From: Octopus sinensis
Lineage: Eukaryota
Assembly (NCBI RefSeq): GCF_006345805.1
Contig: NC_043000.1
Location: 81,406,001-81,470,000, forward strand
Direction of reading: 5' to 3'
Length of the DNA: 64,000 nt
Shown here piece after piece: positions 1 to 13,130 of the stretch. The translations under genes and the position numbers were made by a program. Every line of letters begins with the position of its first letter. The first letter of the stretch is position 1. The notes below the pieces were generated by a model. It made no database searches. It was not told the origin of the DNA and saw only the letters and a list, made by a program, of their open reading frames with translations.

Positions 1-755
1 CATATGAGAGAGAGAGAGAGAGAGAGTGAGAGAGAGACTTTGGGTTTGCATATCTATGTGTATGGGTAAGCACTTGTATATGCAAACCTGTATGTATGAG
101 TGTATGTGTATGTTTGTATGTGCATATGTGTGTGTGTGATTGTGTATTCTAGCAACAGAAGGAGAGAAGAACATGAAGAAAATATGAATAAAAGGCAGAA
201 GTAGGAGTGAAGAAGAAAGCAGAGAAGAAAGGGAATGAGGTAGGAAGGGTGGGGGAAGAGGTAGAATTTAAAGTCATAAAGATTTAGAGAGAGAGGAGAG
301 AAGGTGAGAAGAGTTCTGCAGCAGGAAGATCGGTGAGGTGGTTGGTTGTGGGAGGGTCGAGATGGGGGTGGAGATATTCTAAGGCAAAGTGTTGGCGGTG
401 CACCCCACCCACCACCTGCCGTTATGGCAGGAAAATCTTTTATATGTTATGGTTAATCTGTGTGGCCTTTACAATACTGGTGGAGGGGGGAGGAGAAGGA
501 GGAGGTGGTAGTGATGTTGGTGTTGTTGTTGTTGGTGGTGGTGAGGACAGTAGAGTTGATGTGGTGGGTGGGAGGGAGGGAGTGGAAAGGATGATAATTG
601 AAGCACAGGGGGATGGTGGTACCCCTGCAGGGACAACAGCTGCTTACACTGCTGATGCCGTTGCTGCAGCTACTGCTTCTGTTGCTGCGGCTGCTGCATT
701 TAGCCGGAGCTGCTTCTGTCACTGGTGTTCACCTGTATGTTTACTAATGTGTCAT

Positions 756-790
<35 letters not shown>

Positions 791-1176
791 CAGACAGACA
801 GATACAGAGACAGACTATGACACCTAGAGAGAGAAGGGAGGAGGGAAAGTGAGAGAGACGGTGAGAGAGAGAGAAGCAATGATATAAGATGACAGAAGAG
901 AGAGAGAGAGTGAGAGAGTATTAGGGAGAGGGAGAGAAAAAGAGAGTGAGAGAAAGGGAGAGTGAGAGAGTGTGTATGTTTGTGTGTATGTAACAGAGTG
1001 ACAGGCTCACCATATGTAAGGATGTCTATATTGGTACACAGTTTCTACATGCTTTCTCCAGGAATCTCTATCAATCATGGTAGGAAAAACCATTCTACAT
1101 ACTATCAGCATACATTTTCGGCTTACACTTCCACTTAGCTATATACACACCACCTAACCAAATAACACTCACTTAT

Positions 1177-1359
1177 ATACATACCTACATACATGCATGC
1201 ATACATATATACATACATATACATACACACATATATACATGCATGCATACATACATACATACATACATACAACTATATATTGGTTTGTGTTTAATTATCT
1301 ATCTGCACCTATATATAAGTAAACATATATCTATATACATCTGTCTATCTGTCTATCTG

Positions 1360-1436
<77 letters not shown>

Positions 1437-1476
1437 TATATGTGTGTGTATATATATATGCATATATATATATATA

Positions 1477-1530
<54 letters not shown>

Positions 1531-1550
1531 GAATATGTGTGTGTGTGTGA
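1177..1550. repeat. Compound microsatellite (TACA)n/(TATC)n/(TA)n/(TG)n
   Basis: Directly visible simple repeats; source of the YI/HT-rich pseudo-ORFs. Confidence 0.95.
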
Positions 1551-1959
1551 AAGCAAGAGAGAGAAAGAGAGAAAAGTGAGGTAGTTTTGAGACACAGAAA
1601 GAGATATACAAAAGTACGAAACAAGTACAAATACAAAACAGGTTATGTGTTTGACAAAGTTGATTTATATTCACTTAAAGCTGTTTCGTTGATTACTCAC
1701 ACATGCATATATACACTCACTTTGAGTGAGCATACGTAGTTATACATCTGTATGCACACACAAACACACACATATTCCAATATATACATAAACACATATA
1801 TTGCACAAGTCACTAATAATATCACATAATATTATCAATTGGTTATGAAATTTAGTGAGTCCCAAGCAGTCCTCAGGATATTGTTATGTTGTCTGCTTAA
1901 TGTTATCAGTTATTGTCATCTAAAAGACTGTCCCAAAATTGTTTTATGTGTTGGCCTCT

Positions 1960-2263
1960 AGATATGTACATACTCATACATGCTCAGACACACACACACA
2001 TGCACTCATACACATACACATGCACACACACATACACACACATGTACACATAAACTCACATATAGAAACATGCATATGTGTGCACATGTATATGCATACC
2101 TGCGTGTGTTTGTATGCATATGCATATATATGTTTGTATATGCATATATATGTATGTATGTGCACACACATAAAGAAATATGGATATATTTGTGTGCGTG
2201 TTTGCATGTGTGTGTGTATATATATATGTATGCATGTATGTGTGTATATATATTTATATATAA

Positions 2264-2308
<45 letters not shown>

Positions 2309-2653
2309 TACATATTTTGTGTAGTGTGTGTATACATATATGGTGTGTATATATGTATATATATATATATGGGTATGTGTGTGTATATATTTTGTGTCTG
2401 TACAGATAAATGTGTCTATACATACATATATATAAAGAAAGAGTGATAATGAAGTGTGTATGTAAGTATGTATGTATCTATATATAATATGTGTGTGTGT
2501 GTATGCATGTATGTGTCTCCCTCTGAAACATTAAACAAGCGGCATATTTCACAAACTTTGTTCTTTATATATTACATTTATGCTATATATGTATATACAT
2601 AGTTATGTATATAATAGGTATATCTATCTATCTATCTCTTGATCTATCTATCA

Positions 2654-2712
<59 letters not shown>

Positions 2713-2770
2713 ATCACATATACATACACATATGTATAAACATATATCCATATATATATGAGTATGAGTG
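1960..2770. repeat. Degenerate alternating purine-pyrimidine (CA/TA/TG) microsatellite field
   Basis: Directly visible; similar fields at about 22590-23610, 27190-27470, 45630-46440 and 61535-61800. Confidence 0.9.
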
Positions 2771-3939
2771 AGTGAGAGTTTATGGTTTCACATTTGAACT
2801 TGAAAAATAAATTATTTTCAAATTTCTTGGTTTTGTTTTGAAAGATTGAAAAATTTTTTAAATGATTTTAATTTTCAAGTTTAAACACGAATAAAACCAT
2901 TAATAAATTCCCTCCCTCTCTCTCTCATGCTCTCTCACACACACACACACATATATGCATATGTATATATGTGTGTGTACATCTATATGTGCATGTATAT
3001 GTGTGAATCTTTTCTCATGTGTGCATGTAAGTATACATGTGATTATACTCCCTTGCACATATACTCACACAGATATATGCTTTGTAAATTCATGAAGTTA
3101 TTACACTGATGTTTATGCATGTGTGTGCATGTGTATTTATTTCCTTTACTTTCACCTACATACACATTTTTGTGGTCATTTTCTAAAGTAAAAAATAGTA
3201 AAGAGTGACACAGAGAGAGAAGAAAAGTCAGAATGTGTGGGAGGAAACAGAGAGAGAGAGGGAAAGAAAGAGAAAACTCTATTGGTGTAATTTTATTACT
3301 GAATAATTATGCAATGTCAACAGTGTTGACAATAGCATTAGTAACAACAAAAGCAACAATAACAGCAATACTTTTAAATCTAGTTCTGAAAGATATTTTT
3401 CTTCTTATGTATTTTATGTATTTTTATTGTGAAACCTTTTTGCACAAAAGCAACAGTAATATCAAGGAGGAGGAGGTTTCTTCTTGAGGCACAAGTTCAG
3501 TCCATCAACTCCTATACTACCTGATTGATACTTTTTTTTATTGACCACCAGAGAGATGAAATTGATTTTGATGGTATTTGAACTCAGACACAGTCAATTC
3601 CAGATACTATAATACAAATGACATAAGATGTATTTGTATGTAAATCGCCACCATCTCTCCAATACACTAACACAAACCCACACAACACACATTCTACACA
3701 AATCTCCCTATTAATTATTATAGCTTTCACAACAATCAACAAGGAAACTAAAAAACAATACTGTACGTATAACTTGAGCACAACAGAGGTGTACAAAAGG
3801 ATCACATGAAACTACTGAAAATGCGCAATAGCAACAACAACAACAATGATAATACCCCCCTCCCAGTGCACAGAATATCTTCAATCTACAACATCAGAGT
3901 ATTGGGTACTGTGCAATATTTTCAATAATAATGATCATG

Positions 3940-4143
3940 ATCCTTTCTACTATAGGCACAAAGCCTGAAATTTCAGTGGGGCGGACTAGTTAGTGTTTCA
4001 CTGGTACTTAATTTATTTACTCTGAAAGGATGAAAGACAAAGTCAACCTCGGTGGAATTTAAACTTAGGATGTAGAGATAGGCACAATGCTGCCCAGAAG
4101 CATTTTGCCCAGCGTGCTACTAATTCTACCAGCCCGTCACCTT
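3940..4143 (-). mobile_element. tRNA-derived SINE, family B
   Basis: Reverse complement matches the + copy at 16758-16972 (ctggtagaattagtagcacgctgggcaaaatgct...ctttcatccttt...taaattaagtaccag). Other copies at about 3480, 6735, 11570, 12030, 12380, 40625, 44590, 45360, 47985, 61005 and 61262. Confidence 0.85.
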
Positions 4144-4165
4144 AATAACAACAAACAATGGATGT

Positions 4166-4205
<40 letters not shown>

Positions 4206-5131
4206 CAACAATAATATTAATAATAATAATAAGGATGATGATGATGATAAAATGAACCCTCACTCCCAGACACACACAATGAAGTTGGTAGATTTTCTTG
4301 GTTACTATATATATATATATGTGTGTGTGTGTATCTATCAAAAGTAAATATATGTGAAACTAATAAGCTTGCCTTTCCACATAATCTACATCTACCTCCT
4401 CTAGTTGGTCTGGTCTTACAATCCCAGATCAGCTCTGTACTACTTGGCACTGTACATCCTTACTCTGTACCACTCTATCTCAGCCTACTCCACTTTCTCC
4501 TATGATTTGCTCTGAGCTGAGCTGTATTACTATGACATGCATTGCCAAGCATTGTCTTTCTCAGCCCTGCATTGTGTTGTTTTTACACCATCCTGCTGGC
4601 TCTGCTTTATCCTCTCCGACACCAACCTTGTTCTACCTCTTACCTTGTACTATGCTGCACTACTACAGGTTCCTAGCTTGGTCCCATAAAACAAAGTACC
4701 AGTGACATAGTAAAACAGTAGAATCTAAACACATTAGAAATGTTCTGCATCAATAAGAATTAATACAGATATTTTATAGACTGGGATACACTGTATGTTA
4801 TGGAGAAGACATATATCTTCCTCTGCATTAAATAAATTTTAAATTTATTGCACAAGCTAAACAGCTGCTGAACAAATATCGGGACGCTGCCCATGGCTAA
4901 CATAAGTGAAAAATGTATTTCTGGCTTATCCTTTGCTTGGATCAAATAATTTCTTTTTTCCCTCTTCAAGCTCCTAGGCATCTCAAGAGAGTTGAAGTAT
5001 TCTTTGATGTGTATGAGGTCTGCAATTTTCACTTGTTTGTTCAGAAAAATTACAAATCATTTTATTGTTACTGTTGTTGTTAACAACAACAACAACAGCA
5101 ATAATAATAATAATAAATAATAATAATAATA

Positions 5132-5162
<31 letters not shown>

Positions 5163-5329
5163 GTGGAGAAGGAGAAGGGGGAGAATATAAGAATTTCTAA
5201 CATTAGCATGCCTTTTGATAGGATGATATGGTTGGTTGAATCTATACACCATTATCTGGTAATTTTTTGTCAACCCAAAATGTATGAATGGTAAAGTCAA
5301 TACCGACTCTAATCCCATTTTTCTTTGAT

Positions 5330-5830
5330 CATATTCTGTAAACTCACTCTTCCAGAATAGAACATGAGCATTTTTCTGGCATTAGCCAGCCCACAAAGCT
5401 TCTTTCTGGGCAGTGTTCCCTTAGCTGCCAATATACACCACTGATGTAGTCTTCAACAATTTTCAAACCTTCTTGATTATTGTAGTACTCATCCACCATT
5501 TTGTCCTCAAGCAGCCACTATGTAGTTCATCTACTCTAATCAAATATTCTGTGACAACATCTTCAGATTACCATAAAGAAGTGACACTCCAGGTGGATGT
5601 ACACTTGTTTATGATGATCTTTCAGCCTCTTACCTGTTATGCATTTTTTTTTTTATTATTGTTTCTTTCTTCAAAACTTCCATGCTTCCTGAGATTCACC
5701 AACACTACACCTGACTCATACACTGTTCACTTTCCAGACATTTTTACATTACTGCATATGCTTTATACACACTTTTGACAAGTTGTGGTGCACCTGAGCA
5801 CTATATACAATAATTTCATTATTATTATTT
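5330..5830 (+). mobile_element. Decayed LINE 3' end with (ATT)n tail, possibly CR1 group
   Basis: Ends gacaagttgtggtgcacctgagcactatatacaataatttc(att)n, resembling a retroposon 3' terminus; no intact ORF. Clade is a guess. Confidence 0.4.
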
Positions 5831-6938
5831 ATTTTTTGATACCAATTTCTTTTTTATTGTTCCCTATTGTTTTCTACCTTTCTGAAGTCTCCATTTCCTC
5901 CACATTGCTCCAAGATGGTGCTGTGTAACTGTTGTTACACACCACCTGTGCTGGGGTGGGAGATTTGTTGCCTTTTTAGTGCCCTACCTTTTCATTAGAT
6001 TTGGTTGTCTTCAAAGGTACAGTCAGTGGAAAAAGCAGCGGCAACTATGGTATTCGGTATTCACTTTCAGGTTCTTGCTGTTGTTGTTGCTGTTATTTCT
6101 GCTTTCGTCTTATCTTACCCACATTTTATTGTTTTTCCTTTCCATATCTGGGCAGAAGGCCTGTAGGTGAATTTTATACCTACACATGTAGCAACTGGGC
6201 CAGCCTTCTGCATTGTACTACAAACATAATTCAACCCTCTCTGCTCCCACAACAATGTATAACATCAGGATAGTTTTGTGGTCTTTGTGGACGTGGATGA
6301 TCAGACAAAGACCAAAGAGTTGGTGTTGGTCCTGTCTGTGCTTGCCACTGTATTTACTGTGCCACAAAGAATGAATGTCAGATCCAGTATCTCTTGTTCT
6401 GATCCACTACTATAATATAGCTCTCACAGCACACTTATTCTACACCACTACTGTTCTAATAGTTTAACACAACCCACACAATATATACACTCTGTACAGT
6501 CACCTCCCGCTAAATTAATACAATGCATTCTACATGACCACCTCACCCTATTACTATAAAACATTTTGCAACAAACAGCCGCAACACTGGAACAATGCAA
6601 CGTGAAATAGCAACACACATTCCACCATAGCATCTTTCCATGCACTAAAAAAAATTTACACTGTACATATAACACAAGAACGACAGCGGTACAAGAAAAG
6701 CTCACATGAAACTACTGAAGACATACAACAACAAGGCCAGAACATTTTAGATTTTTAGATATGGGGGATAGTGGATTACAGTGACTCTAATGTTCAACTA
6801 GTATTTATTTTATCAACCCCAAATCAGTGAAAGACTAAGTTTCAGTGGAACTTAAACTCAAAGCTTAACCCTTTCAATAGAAAAAAATGCGACTAAATAT
6901 TTTGTCCAACATGATAATGATTCTTCTAACTCGCTACT

Positions 6939-6940
<2 letters not shown>

Positions 6941-6971
<31 letters not shown>

Positions 6972-7057
6972 TAATAATAAAAATAATAAAAATAATAAAA
7001 ATAATAATAATAATAATAAAAATAATAATGAAAATGATAATAATAATAATCATCATC

Positions 7058-7100
<43 letters not shown>

Positions 7101-7130
7101 AAATGATAATAATAATAATAATAATAATAA
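6941..7130 (+). repeat. (TAA)n microsatellite flanking an RLE element
   Basis: Directly visible; a second tract lies at 8107-8161 on the other side of the element. Confidence 0.95.
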
Positions 7131-8106
7131 CCACCTAATAAACATGAAGAAGAAGAAGATGAAGAAACAACAAAAGCTATAAAAAAAAATGAAATCCAAA
7201 CTAAAAATAGAACAGCAACGAACCATGATAAAACGATGGCAAGAAAAGCCCCTTCATGGTAAATACTGGACTAAACTAAACGCAAAAGAATAGACAAAGA
7301 AAAATCCCAGCAATGGTTGAGAAGCTCAGGACTCAAAGCAGAAACAGAGGGATTTTTAATTGCAGCACAAGACCAAAGCCTCCCCACCAGAAATTACCAA
7401 AAACATGTAATGAAAAGAAATATTACAAGTAACTGCAGAATATGTGGAGATGGACAAGAAACAATAAATCATATTATCTCTAGCTGCCCAGTCCTGGCTA
7501 AGAAGGAATATATTCACAGACACGACAGAGTTGGAACTTACATACATTGGAAGCTATGCCAACATTATGGAATAACAACAGAAAAAAGATGGTATAGGCA
7601 CACACCAGAAAAGGTCACAGAAAACGAGAAAGCAACCATACTTTGGGATATGCCAATACACACAGATAGAGAAATTAAGGCCAACAGACCAGATATAGTT
7701 GTCAGAGACCATGAAGAAAAAAAATGCTTTCTAATTGATGTATCAGTGCCGGCAGATGACAACGTGTCTCTAAAAGAAATGGAGAAACTCTCAAAATACA
7801 AAGACCTGGAAATAGAGGTAACTAGAATGTGGAATCTGAAAACAGAAACAATTCCTATCATAGTAGGTGCATTAGGCATGATAAAAAAATATTCAGACAA
7901 ATACATAACAAAAACACCAGGACTTACAAAACATATAACATACAGAAAATTGCACTACTAGGCACTGCACACATCCTACGCAGAACACTTTCCATACAAT
8001 AACCATCAGAGCATCACAACAAATCACAGCACATACCCAAGGCACACAGAGCTGCGCTCGGTAGTGAAGTGAAAGCACGCTATAAAAATAAAAATAAAAC
8101 TACTGA
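7131..8106 (+). mobile_element. 5'-truncated R4/Dong-clade non-LTR retrotransposon (CCHC knuckle plus restriction-like endonuclease)
   Basis: ORF 7317-7961 has ETEGFLIAAQDQ, CRIC-x7-H-x4-C (CRICGDGQETINHIISSC), RHD, RPDIVV..FLIDV..EKLSKY and PIIVGALG. Frameshifted extensions read WQEKPLHGKY upstream and IQKIALLGTAHILRRTL* to 8002. Short 3' UTR, then (TAA)n. Confidence 0.93.
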
Positions 8107-8112
8107 ATAATG

Positions 8113-8163
<51 letters not shown>

Positions 8164-9205
8164 CTGATGATGATGATGATGATCACAAGGAATAATAAGG
8201 TAAATATTGTTACTGTTTAGTCCCAGTTCAGTTCTGATCCCACAAACCAATGATCAAAAGCATTCCAGCCATAAATATAACAAAACCATAATGTATTTAT
8301 TCAGATGCATGAATATAGTTCCACTATAAAATGTTTATTCAAACAAAGTCACAGTTCCTAGAGGTTCATTATCTCCAGAATCCTTAGTCAATTGAATTAC
8401 TAAGTTCCCTTCATTGATCTAATAATCATGTGAAATATATTGATTACCTGTCCATTCACTGTTGTTATACGATAAAGAAATTTATGTAAATCATGTGAGG
8501 TATCTAACACTACAGTATGTATTTATGATGACCATTATATTTTTTATTTTGGTGGCACTAAAACCTAGTGTATTTTGGAGTACATTATACGATGTTCTTT
8601 AACCATTTCTTGCTGTTTTAAAAGGTTTATATTTAAACTAAAACTTTCTGTTACAGTTTCCTATAAAAACCCCATTAAAACCCATTCATAAGCTTACTAA
8701 AGAAAAATTTGAAGTCTAAATTCTTGATTGTGTTCAAAATTAATTGAAACACAGAAGCTAAGAGTTTCATTAGAGATATGGTAATGAAAGAGTTTTAAAA
8801 TACTGTATGGTATTATTTGAGTGAAATTTGGTTGTTTTTTCTAGCAGATCATATGACCTCATTATATGATAAGACATTGTTATTGATCATTAGTTAAGTA
8901 TCAAGAATAATTCTGCCTTTTCTGAACCCAGTTTAACACTATCACCTGGTCCCTGAATGCCTTAGTGATATTTTCTCAGTTGTATGCCTCAGTTCTAAGA
9001 AAATTTTCACCCTTTCCTCTACCTTTCTATAACACCCTGTAAAAGGTCATAGGTACTGCACTTTCCTCTTTTAATTAAACCAAATTAAAACAACTATACG
9101 TTAAAGAAATAAAACTATGAAAATGATTTTTCTAAGACAGTGGCCACCACTGCTACCCCTCTCTCTTGCCTTATTTCACTATTTACACACTAAATTTGTT
9201 TGCTG

Positions 9206-10080
9206 ATGAAGAAAATTTGGCAGGACAAGAAAATGCACAGTCAGTTCTTTGAGAATAAAGATGACATTGATTGGAATAGAACCTGGCAATGGCTGCAGAA
9301 AGGAGACTTAAAAGGGCCCACTGGGGCATTAGTGTGCAACGCTCAAGAACAAGTTCTCAGAACAAACTACTCCAAATATCACATTGATAAAAGTGCCAAC
9401 TTGCCACAGTGTAGGATGTGCTCTGAGAAGGGAGAAAGTATAAGCCATATTGTTAGTGAGTGCTGTAAGCTCGCACAATGCAAATACAGAAGAAGACATG
9501 ACAATGTGGCCAGATATGTCCACTGGCCGTTGTGTGGTAAAGGAAACCTCGAGAGAGCCAAACAATGGTATGAACACAAGCCATAGGGAGTAATGGAAAA
9601 TGAACATTACAAAATACTCTGGGATCTTAACATACAGTGCAACCAAGTCATAGAGGCAAGATGACCAGATAATGTGATCATCCATAAAGATGAAAAAGAA
9701 GCAAAGATAATAGATGTTGCAATACCAGGCAAATCGAGGGTGAAGTGCAAGGAAACAGAAAAGAGTGAGAAATACCAGCCAGTGCAGGATGAGATAGGAA
9801 AGTTACGGGGCATGAGGAAAGTAAAGGTGATACCGGTGGTAATTGGAGCATTAGAAGCAGTTTCCAAAAGCTTTGAAAAACATATTAAGAATATTGGAGC
9901 TGCTGTCAGGCTCAAAGTTATCCAGAACACAACATTGTTGGGTACACCTTGCATTCTAAGGAGAGTATTGTTTCTTTGAGTTACAAGAGAAGGCACTACT
10001 TGAAACTGGTGATTTGTTATTGCCTGCTTTGAAGTAAATAACAACCAGCAATTGAGAACTATCCAAGAGACTTTCAGAAT
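9206..10080 (+). mobile_element. 5'-truncated R4/Dong-clade RLE retrotransposon, second family, decayed
   Basis: ORFs 9200-9586 and 9674-9979: AQEQVLRTN, CRMCSEKGESISHIVSEC, RRHDNVA, WYEHKP, IIDVAIPG, PVVIGAL, LLGT..ILRRVL; in-frame stops; followed by (TAA)n. Confidence 0.9.
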
Positions 10081-10083
10081 GAT

Positions 10084-10135
<52 letters not shown>

Positions 10136-10140
10136 TATAA

Positions 10141-10636
10141 ATTGCCCTGATGCAGTACCAGGCAGTGGCTCTCATGGCTTCTGATCTTAACTGATTGGAA
10201 GTGTTATCATGTACATTGTTTTGTCTTGGTATAAAAGATGGGCTACAGCAAATATTCTGCTCAATACCACAGATATGCTTGTCAGTTGTTTGACCTTAAC
10301 CAGTTGAGCATGTCCCTTAGTGGCTGACGATATGTGCATCTCTGATCATGAGCAGAAGTAGTGGGGGAGCATCATAGCCATGTGTTGAGAGGGATTCTTT
10401 GGGCTTTGAATAATTCACCTCTGGAAACATGGGTGGTTCTTTCAACATCCTTAAACAACCCTTATTCAGGGACCTTTTGAGCGGGATGGGCTGCTCAACC
10501 TGAAGAAATTTCTAACTGGGCCCCACCTGCAAGGTCATGTTCTGTTTATCTTGATATGAGATCACCATGTTGCGCACATATGGTTGTGATGCATGTGCCT
10601 GGTGTACCCTTATCAGACGGGTAGTCATTTATAATA
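10141..10636 (-). mobile_element. Non-coding retroposon fragment with (ATT)n tail and target-site duplication
   Basis: actttcagaatgataataattaataataat occurs at 10070 and again at 10637, bracketing the insert; the minus strand ends ...ggtactgcatcagggcaat(tta)n. Confidence 0.75.
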
Positions 10637-10650
10637 ACTTTCAGAATGAT

Positions 10651-10980
<330 letters not shown>

Positions 10981-11002
10981 ATAATAATAATAATCATAAT
11001 AA

Positions 11003-11252
11003 AGAGACCGATAGAATAAGTACTAGGCTTACAAAGAATAAGTCCTGGGGTCAAATTGTTTGACTAAAGGTGGTGCTCCAGCATGGCCACAGTCAAATGA
11101 CTGAAACAAGTAAAAGAGAAGAAGAAGAAGAAGAAGAAGAAGAAAAAGAAGAAGAAGAAGAAGAAGAAGAAGAAGAAGAAGAAGAAGAAGAAGAAGAAGA
11201 AGAAGAAGGAGGAGGAGGAGGAAAAGAAGAAGAAGAAGAAGAAGAAGAAGAA
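11003..11252 (+). mobile_element. 3' part of SINE family A with expanded (GAA)n tail
   Basis: gatagaataagtactaggcttacaaagaataagtcctggggtc...gtgctccagcatggccacagtcaaatgactgaaacaagtaaaag matches 15980-16096; followed by (GAA)n/(GGA)n. Confidence 0.85.
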
Positions 11253-11742
11253 ACTTTCTAAAGAAAGTTTGGAAACAAAAGGACAGATCTGGAATAACAA
11301 AGACATATCACTAATGAATGATAAAAAAATAACTCTAATATGCCAGTTGATTGACTGATTGATTGAATGATTAATGAAGAAATTAAGTAATTGGTTAAGT
11401 AGTTAATTAGCTTAATGATAATAATATTGGAAAGGATTGAATTGGAACTAATGTATGTGTTTCTTATTGGCATTATGATCCTTCCAAGATATAATATTTC
11501 AGCATGCAATTTCTCAACAAGAATTTTCCAAAATTACAAAAAAACGACAGCTTTCTTAACTTACTAACAATGCTTTCAGATTTTGATACAGAGCCAACAG
11601 TTTTTGAGGGGAGGATAAAGTTGACTGCACTGAACCCAATACATCACTGGTACTTATTTTATTGACCCTGAAAGGATAAAAGGCAAAGTTAGCTTTGGCA
11701 GAATTTGAACACAAAATGTAAAGACAGATGAAATGCCATTAA

Positions 11743-11964
11743 CCCTTTTGTTACTATATTTCTGTTGAGATGCTCTGGGTTTCTTTCAATTAATTTAAAA
11801 TATAACAAAGAATTTAGTAAAATAACTTAGTTATCATTAAGCTAGTGTTAGGAACATAAATTGTGGCCAAGTTTTGATGGAAAATTTGAATTCAGAACTT
11901 TTGAAAACAAGACATTCCTACTACAGAGCCAGAGGTGGTTTTAGCTGGGTTGGCATCAAAAGGG
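11743..11964. mobile_element. piggyBac-like MITE nested in a SINE B copy
   Basis: TTAA at 11739-11742 and 11965-11968; termini CCCTTTTG...CAAAAGGG; the interrupted SINE rejoins as aaatgccaTTAAgcattttg. Confidence 0.85.
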
Positions 11965-12799
11965 TTAAGCATTTTGTCTAACATACTAACAGTCCTACCA
12001 GCTCACTGCCTTTAAGCCTACTAATAATGTTTTCAACTTTCAGCACAAGGCCAGCAATTTTGGGGGAGGAATAAGTCAATTACACCAATCCCAGTACTCA
12101 ACTGGTACTTATTTTATCAACCCCATAAGGATGAAAGGTGGAATTGAACTCAGAATGTAAAGACAGATGAAATGTTGCTAAGCATTTTGCCTGGCATGCT
12201 AATGATTCTGCCAGGTCACTGTCTTTGAACCTACTACTAATAAAATTATTTTATTATTAATTAAATGTTTAAACGTCTTGAATAAGAATATAGTTTTTTC
12301 CTAAACTTTCAGCTTCATCAATAGAGTCATCAATATATTGTGCACTTAATATTTACATCAACACTAAGACTATGCTACTGGTTGCAGAATTGTTAAAGCA
12401 TTAGTCCAAATGTTTTGCAACACTTGGTTATAACTCTTTACATTCTGAGTTCAAAACCTGCCAACATCAATTTTGTCTTTCATCTTTCTGATGTTGATAA
12501 AATCAAGTACCAATCATGTACTGGGATTGATATAACCTGTTATACACCTCCTTCAGATTTGAAATCATGTGCTTGCATTAAAAATCAATAATTACATTGA
12601 CACTTCAATTTGATTGGTTTTGTTCTCCAGTCGTCACCAAGTGTCTTGTTGTTGAATATATACATGCACAGCTTCACAGTAAATTTTAATTAAATGTCTG
12701 CACAGAGATATGTCGTTAACATGATTATAATAGTTCAAGTTATTAAGTTTATTGCAATAGATGAGAAAAATTTTTTTAATATTTACATCTACATTGCAC

Positions 12800-12944
12800 T
12801 GGCAGGGAGGTGGTTAAGAAATTTGCCTAGGTGTCATGTGGTTCTGGGTTCAGTCCCACTGCTTGGCACCTTGGGCAAGTGTCTTCTACTATAGCTGCGG
12901 GCCAAACAAACCCTTGGTAGATGGAAACTGAAAGAAGCCCGTTG

Positions 12945-12988
<44 letters not shown>

Positions 12989-13130
12989 CAACAAAACTCC
13001 TCATAAAACTTTGGTTGGTCCAGTGATATAATAGAAGACACTTGCCTAAGCTACCATGCTGCAGGACTGAACCTAAAACCACTTAGTTGCAAAGTGAACT
13101 TCTGAACCACACCACCATACCTCTACCTGT
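12800..13130. mobile_element. Inverted pair of SINE A heads around a (TA)n tract
   Basis: Plus head about 12800-12945 (ggttcagtcccact..ggcaccttgggcaagtgtcttct); minus head about 12995-13130 (agaagacacttgcctaag..ggactgaacc). Confidence 0.8.

Noticed and set aside
333-827. 164-aa plus-strand ORF and 89-aa minus-strand ORF as genes
   Set aside because: GTG starts, low-complexity G/V/A/RE runs from trinucleotide and GA repeats, no domain.
4760-5032. 90-aa minus-strand ORF
   Set aside because: No recognisable motif or convincing splice boundaries.
10315-10375. CUGACGA motif as a hammerhead
   Set aside because: Followed by GAAG rather than GAAA, with no UH triplet or stem III.
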